A stretch of 64,000 nt of DNA from Phoronis australis. Lineage: Eukaryota; Animalia; Phoronida. Where the stretch lies: NCBI GenBank assembly GCA_002633005.1, contig NMRA01000289.1:486217-550216 (forward strand), in the 5' to 3' direction. The notes beneath the pieces were generated by a model. That model had not been told where the DNA came from. It searched no databases and saw only the letters and a list, made by a program, of their open reading frames with translations. Positions 48,101 through 60,952 of this stretch are shown here, one piece after another; positions within the stretch are counted from its first letter, which is position 1; each line of letters begins with the position of its first letter. The position numbers and the translations under genes are program-made.

Positions 48101-51100
48101 AGGGAGATGAAGGAGAGTGTCCTGCATCCCTGTTGGTTGTCAATGCAGTGGCATAATTCCCACAGTTTTTATACCTGTTTTGTGACCGCCGTGTGCACAC
48201 GTTAGAGCTGTTATTAAGCGAGACACGAAAACCATTTGCACAAAAATGTCCAAGGCCTGATAATTTTCGAGAATAGAATTATTACTCACGATTTCCCTGT
48301 CAACGGCTGCCAACTATGGTTGACATTCCTGAAGCAAGGGTGTGTATTCTTTGGTGCGAACTCATGAAGTGTCAAATATTTGGTGATCAAGTGCATCATG
48401 GTTTAGTACGCAAATATCTCTTCGCTCAATGTTTGAACTTTACTACCTCACAGACTCGACTGAAGCTTAAGATTTCAAGTCCCAACTCGAAATGTTTGCT
48501 TTGATGCTTGGATCCTCAAATGCACGTCTAGAACTCCGTTGACGCATACCGTAATGCATTCGATGACAGAATGATAGCTCTTTGTCTTAGGTTTGCTTTG
48601 GATTAGAATGGTAATATTATAAACAATTTCGATATTTATTCCGACACAAATATTCTAAAACCCATTCCATGAAGTCATGCGATTGAGTCTTAGACAAAAT
48701 CCCGGGTTATAACTCTACCAGGATGGTTTGACTCATCATTTAGTCATTCAATGAGTCATGTAATGTTCACTTATGTGAATTCGTGGCCTCGTCCGAACCA
48801 TTTTGTCTCTGTTGTCTCCCCAAATGCTGGACCAAAATTGTCGCACCGTACCAAGAACAATTCTTCTCTTCAATTCACCCAGTATACTCCGCAATTTTCC
48901 CCGACAAATTCTGAAGACGTTGTTATTTTGTTGGCTAAGTGTACACACGGGAGATGTTACATAGATAGTTGTTGGGGAAATTTTGATTACACAGCCAGTC
49001 AAATTACATCCTCAGTGTCGCTGTGGTGAAAGAAGTGTAAGGGTATAATTCGTAAATTGCCGGCAGCATTTGTGGATCTCGTGGGACTTTTTAGGGAGTT
49101 GTTAAAACGCGTCTTAATCTAATATCACGAGGCATTTTATCTGCCTCTTAGAGGTGCCTGCTGTAACGTTTTGCTTAGAAAACGCTTGCAAAAGCTTGCA
49201 CTAAAAATTTGGCAATAGCAGGTGACTGGTCCGCTATTTTATATTTTAGCCCACTGTAAAACAAATATTCAGTGTCGTGAGGGCGGATTTGTCAACAAAG
49301 ACTGCACGTGTTTCTGTAGGGACGGCACCAACAACTGCCAGATGAGTGGACTGAAACCTCGTAAACAAGGTCAGTGGCAGCATGTGACGGGAATTAATTC
49401 CTTACATACAGTATATTTTCACGTGTTTACATCACACCACGAAGTCCTTCTCCAAACGTGGAACTACAATTTCAAAGTTTTGTGGGACACTTGAAAAATG
49501 TTTTAATGCTTAAATTCGTAACATATTTTAGAAATGGTCAACTGCACTGGCATGAAATGTTCAGATATTATTCCTTACCCAGTGTTCTCCAACATGCTTT
49601 TAAAATTGCTTTTAAAATTAAGACCAGTGGAAAAATGTGTGCAGTGTGGCACAAGATGGAAAGTCATTGGAATGTCATGTTTCATAAGAATGGGGAAAGA
49701 TGGTTGAAAGGGGCGTATTCAAGCTCGGAAAGCAATAAAATGTTCAACGATGCGAGAGTGAAAAAATGGCCTAGATGGGGCAAAGGATGGTGAGAAGATG
49801 TGGTCTAGAACACCAGGACTTTCTGAAGTGTAGTTGTTACGGTCTGGTTGAGTCAAAAATCCGTGGACATCAAGAAATTGGAAACAACAGAGGTGTTCAG
49901 CGACGAAGTGATTAGAACGAATGACGATGTTGAAACGGAGACAGGCAAAGACTTAACGGCGAACCAGGCGCATTGTATGCCTGTTTTTGGATGCAGATTT
50001 TTATGATCACGTTAACTACAGAGTTGTTGCACATGAATAGAAAGCGCCGAGAAAAAAGTTTAGACACCAAAATCTCAGTGCGAAGTGACCGAACTTCTTA
50101 AAGGTGACGTGGAAGTCGAAAACCGATTGTGGCCAGGGACCGGAAAATCTTTTAGATCCCACAACCGTAGCAAAACCGCTGCGGACACATGTGGCGTCAA
50201 TGGAAAGCTTGAAGAAGTTAGATGAAACTCGCCTATTAAACAGGAGGAGGACTTTCCACTGAGGTTCTCTTAGAAGAGGAGCCAAGAGGGAATGCCGGGG
50301 CGGGCCTCCTTGTCGAGGGTCACCTGGCGGTGCAGAGCCTGATGACCTGTTGCGTTTTTTCTTAAAGTAAGGTAACAGACACAGAGGCGGGGTCAAGATG
50401 AATGGCAAATTAGGTAAAGGGCATAGTGCGAGCGACGGCTTTGTCGTCATTGATGCGAACACCGATGGAGGACCGGAACTGGAAAAGGCGTTAAGGCGGT
50501 GACAACATTTAATGGAACATGGAGATCCGATGCAGAAGAAATGGTCAAGAAGGTGGCAGGTGCCAGTTGCTTGGAGCCTAGACTCTGTAATCTATTGAAG
50601 CGACCGACTGATAAGCTCGAAGATGATGCAAGAGGATGAGAGCTTGACGGGGAAGCAGCGTTTGTAGTTCAACTTTCCTGCCCAGGTGAAACCGAAGCCT
50701 CTTGTTAAAAGGATGCCATACCCGACTTTCCCATATTAGCAGACATTAAAAATTAAGTTCCCACCCAGTCCTGTCAAAAAGAATACGCCCTAACCCTCAG
50801 TTACCCTCAAAATGATGGAGCAAAGCTGAAAACTCCTTTCAAAGTCTAGTGTACCGATAAATGTTACTTAGGCTTTAAGAGAGTTTGACGAGAACTGTTA
50901 GGGAGAGCTTGCCCGCCAAGAATTGCAATATCCTGCATTATTTTTGACACAGACAATGCCAGTTTTAGTTGAATCATGCTTTTATCACTCAAGTGAGACC
51001 ACTTTAATGCATTAATTAGCAGGTGACATAACGAGGATTGACAAAAATCACCAGAATAGGGTTTAGCAATATTTTAAATATATTTTGTTTGCAATTGATC

Positions 51101-54100
51101 TCTTCCAAGTCTACAGCCCTTTTTTTCTAATTTGGCTTGATCTGTAAGTTCTTATGTTCTGGGTTATGGTTATTGCCAGTATTCTTTTTTTGCTTATAGA
51201 CCACTGGCCTTGTGTCTGGTCAACTTTCCTTTCATTGTCTGATGAAGAAATCACATTCCTAAAGGCATGTGATTTCTTCTTATTCCATTGTCACAATGTG
51301 TTTCACTGCAATTTCTCATCTCACCTCCCACTACACCCCACCCTTTATCAAGGACATTTCTCTTTCTCTGTTATCAAGCTTTGTTTTCTCGCTTCTCCGT
51401 GATGCAGTTCATTATTTCCCATCTTTTGCGAAATAATGATGTTTTTGTACAATTTATTAATCTGTTGCCTTGTTTTGTACTACTGGTCTAGTCACAATGA
51501 AGGACTTATCTACGCCAACACCTGGGGCAGGTCTGTAATCACTTTGCTCGAAATGGAACTCGAAATTATATTTGTCATTTTCTACTCGACCTTTGTGCAA
51601 GCTCAAGATAAGTATTATTCTAAACAGGATTGCACAATGACTTGCGTGGATAATTTACTAGTACGAGCTGGAGTTGNTTTCTTAAAGTAAGGTAACAGAC
51701 ACAGAGGCGGGGTCAAGATGAATGGCAAATTAGGTAAAGGGCATAGTGCGAGCGACGGCTTTGTCGTCATTGATGCGAACACCGATGGAGGACCGGAACT
51801 GGAAAAGGCGTTAAGGCGGTGACAACATTTAATGGAACATGGAGATCCGATGCAGAAGAAATGGTCAAGAAGGTGGCAGGTGCCAGTTTCTTGGAGCCTA
51901 GACTCTGTAATCTATTGAAGCGACCGACTGATAAGCTCGAAGATGATGCAAAAGGATGAGAGCTTGACGGGGAAGCAGCGTTTGTAGTTGCACTTTCCTG
52001 CCCAGGTGAAACCGAAGCCTCTTGTTAAAAGGATGCCATACCCGACTTTCCCATATTAGCAGACATTAAAAACTAAGTTCCCACCCAGTCCTGTCAAAAA
52101 AATGCGCCCTAACCCTCAGTAACCCTCGAAATGATGGAGCAAAGTTTGAAAACTCCTTTCAAAGTCTAGTGTACCGATAAATGCTACTTAGGCTTTAAGA
52201 GTTTGACGAGAACTGTTAGGGAGAGCTTACCCGCCAAGAATTGCAATATCCTGCATGTATTTTTGACACAGACAGTGCCAGTTTTAGTTGAATTATGAGA
52301 CCACTTTAATGAATTAATTAGCAGGTGACAAAAATCACCAGAATAGGGTTTAGTAACATTTTAAATATATTTTGTTTGCAACTGATCTCTTCCAAGTCTA
52401 CAGCCCTTTTTCTCTAATTTGGCCTGATCTGTAAGTTCTTATGTGCTGGGCTATGGTTATTGCCAGTGTTCTTTTTTTTGCTTATCGACCTTGTGTCTGG
52501 TCAACTTTCCTTTCATTGACTGATGAAGACATCACATTCCTAAAGGCATGTGATTTCTTCTTATTCCATTGTCACAATGTGTTTCACTGCAGTTTCTCAT
52601 CTCACCTCCCACTACACCACACCCTTTATCAAGGACATTTCTCTTTCAAGCTTTATTTTCTCGCTTCTCCGTGTTGCAGATCATTATTTCCCATCTTTCG
52701 CGAAATAATGATGTTTTAGTACAATTTACTAATCTGTTGCCTTGTTTTGTATTACTGGTCTAGTCACAATGAAGGACTTATCTACGCCAACACCTGGGGC
52801 AGGTCTGTAATCATTTTACTCGAAATGGAACTCGAAATTATATTTGTCATTTTCTACTCGACTTTTGTGCGAGCTCAAGATAAGTTGTATTATTCTAAAC
52901 AGGATTACATATTGACTTGCGTGGATAATTTACTAGTACGAGCTGGAGTTGATAAAACCAACACTGAGGCTAACAGTTCGAGTTTGACTCGAAATTTCTA
53001 GATTTTACTCAAGTTTGGAGCACGAATATCAGGTCTTTAAGAGCAAACTTGGACTAGAAACTCATATGTATAAGCTGTTATTCATTCGAGCACAGCCTGA
53101 GAGCCACTTATCATGAGTCTGCACACAAGGAGAAGAGAAATTGCCAAACATAATTTCGAGTTCTTTCGAGTACAAAGAATAGAGAGCGGGCCCGGGTCTC
53201 ATTTTCAGCTCTGAAGATGAGCTTGTAATGCATGATTTTTGTCTAGTCCAAGTGTCGAACCTTTAAATTTGTTTTTAGTCCAAGTGTCGAACACTTAAAC
53301 TTGTTTTTTTTTTTAATTAGTAGGTTATAGGCTCACATGGTAATTTGTAAAATTTCGAATTTGTACTGTGTCCGTTTCCTAGAGTGTAAAAATACCATGA
53401 GTGCCGAGAAGTGCGAGAAGTATAAGAAGATTGGTGATTGCATGAAAAACCCTTTGTTTGTTCTGCCGAAATGTAAGAAGACATGCGGAATGTGTGGGAT
53501 CGACTTCAAAGGTGACAACGGACGAGCAAAAGGTAATTAAATCATGTAAGAATATCTCTGACTCGTTGAAAGCACTGATCAACTTGTCGTTATTTTATTT
53601 ACCTGTTGTCCATTTGTGAACCTTTCTAGTGGCTTCTTGTAAGATAAGGCAACAGTTTTACGATGCGTTATCAGGCATTTCAAGGATTTTAAAGAAGAAA
53701 AAGCGCCACTGTACATCAGCAGTCAGCAAAAGTAATTGTAAAGCCACGAAAGCTTATTGTCGTTTCTTAAATTTGCGGAGAAGTCAAGGGACTGTTTGGG
53801 GACTACATTGTGGTTAAGCAATTTCAAATCTAAAAGTTAGACCGTTTGACAAAATTCCGAACTTTTCTCGACGTAGATACATGTAAATTTTGTCCACAAC
53901 GCGACACAATCGTGTCCCTGTGTGTCTTGGGTGTGGCACTGACCATCTGGGCCCAGTTGCATAAAAATTATCATAGCAACAATAACGTCGCATGATAAAC
54001 GTCACCTTGTAAATTACTTTTTTAATGTTTATTACTAAATCTTCAGAATATACACTGCCCAGAAATCGTCAAAAGCCTTTGTATCTGGGTTAAATAAACA

Positions 54101-57100
54101 CAAAGATATCTATATACAATTATTATACACAACTACATAAATTAAAAAGTGATGTTAAGATTACAATGACATATGATAACGAATGTTAATAAATCTTTTT
54201 CACACACAATAAGTTATTTAACATGTATACATTACTATAAATTCACACAAAGAGATTAAATATTAAAAAAATGAAACTATTTCGAGTAAAACCTGATTTT
54301 AATTTGGGTTGAGTTCTTAGCATCCATCACGTTATTATTGTTGAACAAAGAACCTGTTGACCGATAGAGAGGGGCTCTTGTTGGATTGCACAAGTACATG
54401 TATTTGGCCTGCTGATACACCGCGTATGACGCGAGAGTACTTGCACTCTCTTAAGCGGTCAGTAGGAAAAGATGGGCCAAAATATTGACCAGTTGTGAGT
54501 TTAAAATTTCATAATCTGTCAAACTCATATAATTTAATGTCATAAGAGTAACTTAAAGCAGTAGCCAGTTTAACACCATCTTTTATAGGGCATTGTAAGA
54601 ATCCTCTTGGCGACGAAGAGTGTTCTATTTTGGCAGCCGCGTGGTTCTGTGACCTTTCACCTGCGTATATGATGGTGGAGTGTCCTCAGATGTGCGGCTG
54701 GTGCGACAAAAGGGACAGTGGTCGTAAGTCAACATTAAAATTCTCAGTTTGCATTAAGTAAAATAAGAACGTTGGTGTTCTTTGTTTTTCAAGGGAGTAG
54801 GTGTTGGTGTCCAAGAACCACGTGTCTTGAGATCTAATATGTTGGGTCATTGCATTTTGCATTCAATGAAGCGTAAAACATACCTTTATCTTTAGACCTC
54901 AACTGGGAAAACCATACATGTATGTTAGTCCTCAGGCAGCGCCATTTTTGAAAAGCGTTCGTTAGTTCACCGTTTGGTAAAACACGTTGTTTTATGTTTT
55001 ATTTTCCTTTTAAAGTGTCTGAAGTGAGTGTGTCAAATATGGTTCAACAATTGCTCCGGCTACTTTGATATAATCCGGTTTGCATTGAAATATGCGACTT
55101 GTACCCTATAAGTTTCCGTTTAACCCGTTTAGATTCGCGTATATCATTAAAGTTAGTAAAACAGTGACACATGCGGATTTTGTTTGTATAGGTGGTTTGC
55201 AGCATTACTCATATACATTCCAGGACATGTTTTAACGTCCCACGTTCACGTTTTACGTCCCTGAAAAACTCAATACAGCACACGCACACAGTTTATATGT
55301 CAACTGTTAAATTTAGTGGATGAAAAATGTTAACGCCTCCTTTAAAGGCGCAAACGAGTTATAATTTGCCCTTCTCAGTTCAAGTGAAGTTTATATCTAG
55401 CTGCAGAGGCAGCTGCATCTTCAAAGTTGATATAGATGGCTGCTTTGAAGATGAGCTCCAGGTATGTTGAGCTTATCTGAGGCAAAACTTCCGGTCATGT
55501 GGAGAGAAACTAAATTGCACTTGTTCTTAGCACCGGGAGATAAGAGCAAGATCTGTTGCACAGCTGCTAGTACTTGAATATCCATTAGCTAAATAAGCCT
55601 ACGCCAGGGCTGTGGCGGATTTAGAGGGGGCTAAGGGGGCAATGCCCCCCCACCCCCTAAAACTCTCCCAGATTCCATTTGGTAGTTTGGGGATGCGAAT
55701 GTCCTGGCTAATACCCTGCCCTGCCCCCCCCTCCNNNNNNNNNNNNNNNNNNNNNNNNNNNNNNNNNNNNNNNNNNNNNNNNNNNNNNNNNNNNNNNNNN
55801 NNNNNNNNNNNNNNNNNNNNNNNNNNNNNNNNNNNCGGGGAAAATGTGGCAACCGCGGATTCTTGTTTCGAAGGGGCACAGAAAATTTATTATTACTCTG
55901 GCAACGCATATTATGATCTTCCCATTAACAGAAACTTAATTTTATTGATCAACATGTAGCACGTCAATGCAGTTTATCGTGTTTTTAAAGAAGTTTGTGT
56001 AAAGGAAGTGCTGCTACCGAAATATACTGATGTGTAAGTAATCCAACAAGTTGTAATGCCTGCATAATCGATGTCATTCTGACCCCGTGTTAGTTAGCCG
56101 CCGATCTGAGCGACTTGGGTTTTGAGGAAGACTCGTCCATTGGGAACGCATTATCTATTTTCGTAACCTGAACTTTGTAATTGGGCTGGTGCACTTAAGT
56201 TGAAGTCACAACACACCTTATCCCAGAACTATTCTCATCAACAAATTACGTTCACATCAGACGGGAAATTTGAGGCCACAAAAATACATATCCACTGTGT
56301 TCAGGGTGAGACATGTCCATTATGCAAAGTGATAACAACAAAATGTTCCAGATTTGTAATGCATTGCTTGCGCCTCCCTGTAGCAGATTTCCACTGTGTT
56401 GGATAATTTTCGCAATGCTTTAGCGGAGTGTATAGTTGGTTCCATGACCTCATAGGGTAGAAATAGCTAGAAACATAAATAATGAGATTGTCTATACGTG
56501 TATTTTAGCTGCACTGCGTGAATAGACAGAAGTGAGGTCCAGGTTGCACATTTCCGGCATTATTGTCTGTTGCATTGACCTTGTCGTAACACTGTGTTCA
56601 GCATATCAAAATACAATTCTGTCCTGTTTACCTTGTCGTAACACTGGGTTCAGCACATCAAAATACCATTTTGTCCTGTTTACCTTGTCGTAACACTGTG
56701 TTCGGCACATCAAAAGACCATTTTGTCCTGTTTACCTTGTCGTAACACTGTGTTCGGCATATCAAAATACCATTTTGTCTTGTTTACCTTGTCGTAACAC
56801 TGTGTTCGGTACATCAAAATACCATTTTGTCCTGTTTACCTTGTCGTAACACTGTGTTCAGCACATCAAAATACCATTTTGTCCTGTTTACCTTGTCGTA
56901 ACACTGTGTTCAGCACATCAAAATACCATTTTGTCCTGTTTACCAGGCTAAAACGAAATCGAATTTTACTGTTTACACTAACATTATAGGTTTCATCATA
57001 TTCCTTACCGTTGTTTTATTCTAATTCCGTTGCCAACATGAACAACAAAGCTCTTAACTACTCACTAAAACGCTTCAAGCTTCATTCAGGTTTGTTAAGT

Positions 57101-60100
57101 GTAACCCTCCGAACTTGGAAATGGCGTTGGGTCTACTGTTTTAATTCCTGCCCAGAACTTTAGGTTTCAGTGCCAGATATCGCATAAAAGTGTTGCTTTT
57201 TTTCGTCCTAGATGCATGCCATAACTTGTGGAACAGTACGGAATGTGAATTGTTTGCAATCTCTGGCTATTGCCGATCGACTCCTGAGTGGATGCTCGCC
57301 CATTGTCGCTACAGTTGCCAGATCTGTGATCGCACGGACAGCTCGTGTGTCAACGAATACAAGGACGAGGCTAAATGTTACGCATATGCATTATCAGGCG
57401 AGTGCATGAATAGAGTCAGGTGGATGTACAAGAACTGCAGACTGGCGTGTGGGAAATGCAAAAATCTCCCGGGAGGTAGGAATCTTGCAACGAGTCGTTC
57501 ATTCCCAAATCATTTGAATTATTGATAATTGTGACATATATAGGAGATTTTTGGCCACGCGAACGCGAGCATGTAAGGTCAGCATGTTTTGCTTACGACG
57601 ACGTAGACAGCGACAACCGTTCCTTGTTGAACTACAAACGGCGAAGCTCCTATAGGCACTTAATTCACACGGCGGAAGCTTTCCGGCAAATTATACCTCG
57701 CACTAGTTAAAAAGTTAAAATAATATTGTTATCATTACCTTATGAGGCCGTCCATGTCCTTATTTCCTTCCAACTCAAGCAAATATTCCCGTAATCAAAC
57801 TTTTCTTTCGTGCCGAAATCGGCAACTGACTATTTATACACTGCGCGCGGTACATGTAAGGTCATATGACGTCCTATCCCTTGGCGTGCTGAACTTAAAA
57901 CAGTCTATTCAGTTGAAAAAGTTTGAATTGATGTACATTTTTTACACGTTAACATACATATCTCTCAGATGAAGGCTTTCTGCAGGCCTGCTTGAAGATT
58001 TATTAGAGAGAAAAGTTTCTACATTCAGTCATGTCACAGCCGAGAATGGGAGCAATAAACAGATGGATTTGGACGATCAATATTGTTAGTGGTGTTTTGG
58101 GAGATGAAAAAACAATCAACCAAGGACGATGTACTCAAGCAACGCGGCGTCATAACAGAATCTGATAAAACTACGAGGCCTCAAATACACTTCATAGCAA
58201 GGTTTTGAAGGAGATGCGTAAATACTTCACGGCACAATTTTAATGGACTGAAGGTCATTGATGGCATATCCGTGGAAGAAAACCCTTATTTCTACCGGAT
58301 TGTTCCGGGAAATAACCTTCCTATCTCCATGGTGACTGCAAAGAAGCAGGTACAATGACTGCAAACAACGTCGCTAGTACGAGTCAACTGCGTAATCATT
58401 AGGGCACTAGTGATGTCTCGGGAGATTGGTGAAGACACTTGGGCAACGACGGCCGTAAGCACAATCAACCAACAGATAATCATACAGTGTGTGAAATGGG
58501 AAAGAACTGGGAATTCATCGGCTTTAAAAACGCTAAGACGGACCTATCTGAGCCATACACAGAGACCACGTTTTCACTGGGTGTGTACACCTGGGCCTTC
58601 TTTAAAGGCTGAGATGAATAGGTTTTGCGATAAAAGTGCTTATTTCAGAACTACATACCTGCAGTTGAGACAGTCATTGCCATGGAAATTGTGTCTGAAT
58701 AACCCCTCCTTATAATTTTCTCTTTTAAAAATTCCTATAATATAAGCACAGGCCTATACTTCATCCCTCAATTTCGTCAGTTAATGCAAATCAAGAGTTT
58801 GAATATTGTTCATAGCGAGAATAATTTTGTCAATTCAGTTCGCTGTTATTGGACAGATGCGTATGATGTTGGTGTACACTAATTTCTGAATTAGCGTGTA
58901 CGCACGAAGTACAATGTTGACGACGAGGCCCTATTCGTCAAACGTATGGACGTGATTTATTTGTCATGTCTTGCAACATAACTCATTATCAATCCTAAAA
59001 ATTAGCTTGTTATACAGCTATTGTCCCGANTGCCATGGAAATTGTGTCTGAATAACCCCTCCTTATAATTTTCTCTTTTAAAAATTCCTATAATATAAGC
59101 ACAGGCCTATACTTCATCCCTCAATTTCGTCAGTTAATGCAAATCAAGAGTTTGAATATTGTTCATAGCGAGAATAATTTTGTCAATTCAGTTCGCTGTT
59201 ATTGGACAGATGCGTATGATGTTGGTGTACACTAATTTCTGAATTAGCGTGTACGCACGAAGTACAATGTTGACGACGAGGCCCTATTCGTCAAACGTAT
59301 GGATGTGATTTATTTGTCATGTCTTACAACATAACTCATTATCAATCCTAAAAATTAGCTTTTTATACAGCTATTGTCCCGATTGGTCCCTGAGCGGTCA
59401 CCGATCGTTCCCTGCCGGTCGTGACTTGCTTCAAAAACGCTATGTCGCCAGTGTTACAAGATGTGTGTTTTGTCTAATCATATTCTGATGTACGACAGCT
59501 GGAGACGATATGGTCAAGGCAATGTCAATAACGGCATGAAATTGTGTATTGTGTAATTTCATTACAGTGCAGTGTCGTAACGTCCACAGTAACACAGAAT
59601 GCCTAAAGCGTGCTCACGCAGGAAACTGCTTTGACAGCGATCACACTTTTTGGATGCTGGATTACTGTCGGAAGGCTTGTCGAGAAGTGATGTGCGCTGA
59701 TGGTTGTTCTGAGTTGGCCGGACCAAAGTGTGCTTCATGGGGTCAACGTGGGGAGTGTTACGTCAACCCATCATACATGTTACAGTTGTGCCAAAAGACT
59801 TGTTCTGTAGAGTTATGTCCACGTGAGTTTCGATGGTCCTTCACATCTTTTGACGTGTCAATTATTTCCCATAACAGTTATGGAAGGTATTTATCCTACA
59901 TCTGCACGTGCTTGACTAAATGGGTTCGATTGGATTTGAATTGTTTAAATATCCATTCTAATGTATGTCAACCAAAAATCTGGAAAATAGGCGGGTAACC
60001 GATTTTTAATGTTACATCCGCCTAAAAAGGCGTGTCGGGGTTTTGAAATGTCACCTATACTTAAATCAAATATTGATGTCGTTGATTGATTTCGTTGGTC

Positions 60101-60952
60101 AGTAAATGTTAGATGTTTTAACGTCATTATTTACATTTCTTGGTTGATGAATTGTTTACGTCGGCGAAAAAACCCGTCTTTATCTGTATTTTGAAAATCA
60201 CATATTTTGGTTTTGGCTTTCACGCACGAAGTTACACCGTTATCTGTTCTTGGTTTATTTTTTATTCGATGATTATCAACTTTTCTGTGAAACAATAAAG
60301 TAATAGGCGTCTGTCGACTTTATCTTGACCTAGTTTAACTCCAACAGTGACAAAAGAGAATGCTGATCTTGGCCTTCTCATAAGTGCGTCAATTTTAATA
60401 TCACGGTTTGTGCGATGCATTTCACTACGACGTCATCATGTTCCGTTACTGCAATGACGAGATACGTTAACTTCATGTGAATAAACGAAACAAAAAGTTT
60501 TAATAAATTCAGAAGTGTAGTTTGAATTGGGTCACACCTGATATCTGTCTGTGTCTTTGTGAAACTTGATGTTTTTTTAATTGAATGGGCTATTTGAAAT
60601 CGCAAATCACATTCAAGTGTTTAAAGTCATGAAAAAATGACTGCTTTATGTCGGTTGACAAACTGTCGAACACAATGAAGCCAAAGCATGTTAGATATAA
60701 AAGACTATTTGATATTATAATTGTATAAGGAGCAGGACGATAAACTACTCCCAGAACAGTGTACAAACCCGCCAATGCCTATATAACATATCGCTTTTCT
60801 TTCTTCAGTAGAAGAGAAACAGAAAGAATTTTGTGTCAATAGGCATCCTGACAACTTATGCTCGGAAGCTTTGGTCTCGACATGTAATGTCCTCTCGTCG
60901 ACGAACAGATTATGTTACCGAACATGCAGCGGGTGCGCTGAGGACAATAGAG
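38935..60952 (+). CDS. Astacin-family (M12A) zinc metalloprotease with EGF-like module and >=7 C-terminal ShKT domains; 13 exons in window, 3' end not found
   Basis: 13 GT-AG exons join in phase to 1990 nt with no stop: signal peptide, prodomain, RSRR furin-type site, [19 protein letters not shown], Met-turn GLMHY, EGF-like, ShKT x7. Confidence 0.93.
39904..40410. mobile_element. Old MITE-like element with imperfect ~120-bp inverted repeats
   Basis: tttcggttattgta..ctagaaccatgtttt..ggttccagt (39904-40027) mirrors actggaacc..aaaacatagttctag..tacaacaaccgaaa (40293-40409). Confidence 0.45.
40609..40738 (+). CDS. Astacin exon 2: prodomain
   Basis: ETYVSSLWFNKTKDLDQIIADDVARAGGASIDERIENLLLEST; TTCTTAG acceptor and GTAGGG donor. 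Confidence 0.78.
41825..41954 (+). CDS. Astacin exon 3: prodomain with candidate Asp-switch
   Basis: KELLNGNMLGDAETSDEVLVEHDIIFTLKEYADMYLDDKMKY; VEHDI corresponds to the FEGDI motif; GTGAGT donor. Confidence 0.85.
42008..42340. repeat. (AGT/AGC)n microsatellite
   Basis: Long gtagtagta run with an internal N at a contig join. Confidence 0.95.
42678..42763 (+). CDS. Astacin exon 4: activation site and mature N-terminus
   Basis: GRSRR/NAVPYDRRWPHATLVYKIAPMGF; GTAAGT donor. Confidence 0.9.
43495..43579. repeat. About 40-bp tandem duplication
   Basis: aacctgagtagtgttcagcagcag(c)actctcggctagaac x2. Confidence 0.85.
43769..43962 (+). CDS. Astacin exon 5: catalytic domain
   Basis: AMTQWEHFTCVKFRE...GCRSHLGIRRGKQDLNLQSPGCSF. 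Confidence 0.93.
45377..45574 (+). CDS. Astacin exon 6: zinc-binding site and Met-turn
   Basis: [31 protein letters not shown]...EYGYDGLMHYGLK. Confidence 0.96.
47896..48025 (+). CDS. Astacin exon 7: end of catalytic domain
   Basis: AFSKDDSQTIYAK...LTFKDIKVVNLMYKCN. Confidence 0.92.
49250..49369 (+). CDS. Astacin exon 8: EGF-like module
   Basis: HCKTNIQCREGGFVNKDCTCFCRDGTNNC. Confidence 0.9.
49640..50300 (-). mobile_element. Possible LINE AP-endonuclease relic
   Basis: Minus strand GFLTQPDRNNYTSESPGVLDHIFS resembles the PTR....LDHI APE motif; decayed. Confidence 0.4.
52795..53195. mobile_element. Harbinger-like MITE (tentative)
   Basis: ggggcaggtctgtaatcattttactcgaaatggaactcgaaattat is mirrored by ataatttcgagttctttcgagtacaaagaatagagagcgggccc. 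Confidence 0.5.
53383..53532 (+). CDS. Astacin exon 9: ShKT 1
   Basis: CKNTMSAEKCEKYKKIGDCMKNPLFVLPKCKKTCGMC. Confidence 0.9.
54589..54723 (+). CDS. Astacin exon 10: ShKT 2
   Basis: CKNPLGDEECSILAAAWFCDLSPAYMMVECPQMCGWC; absent from the ORF track. Confidence 0.88.
55735..55835. other. Assembly gap (N run)
   Basis: Continuous Ns. Confidence 1.
56579..56944. repeat. 52-bp minisatellite, 7 copies
   Basis: Unit ccttgtcgtaacactgtgttcagcacatcaaaataccattttgtcctgttta starts at 56579, 56631, 56683, 56735, 56787, 56839 and 56891. Confidence 0.95.
57212..57475 (+). CDS. Astacin exon 11: ShKT 3 and 4
   Basis: CHNLWNSTEC...CRYSCQIC and CVNEYKDEAKC...CRLACGKC. Confidence 0.92.
59568..59822 (+). CDS. 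Astacin exon 12: ShKT 5 and 6
   Basis: CRNVHSNTEC...CRKACREVMC and CSELAGPKCASWGQRGECYVNPSYMLQLCQKTCSVELC. Confidence 0.92.
60809..60952 (+). CDS. Astacin exon 13: ShKT 7
   Basis: CVNRHPDNLCSEALVSTCNVLSSTNRLCYRTCSGC; ends at a phase-1 donor GTAATT with no stop. Confidence 0.85.

Noticed and set aside
56579-56944. CRISPR array
   Set aside because: Head-to-tail units with no unique spacers, eukaryotic context and no cas genes.
58100-58715. Possible zinc-finger or transposase relic
   Set aside because: Too degenerate to assign to any family by eye.
58678-59382. 352-bp tandem repeat
   Set aside because: The copies meet at a single N (59030) and differ at only a few bases, indicating an overlap or haplotype artefact.
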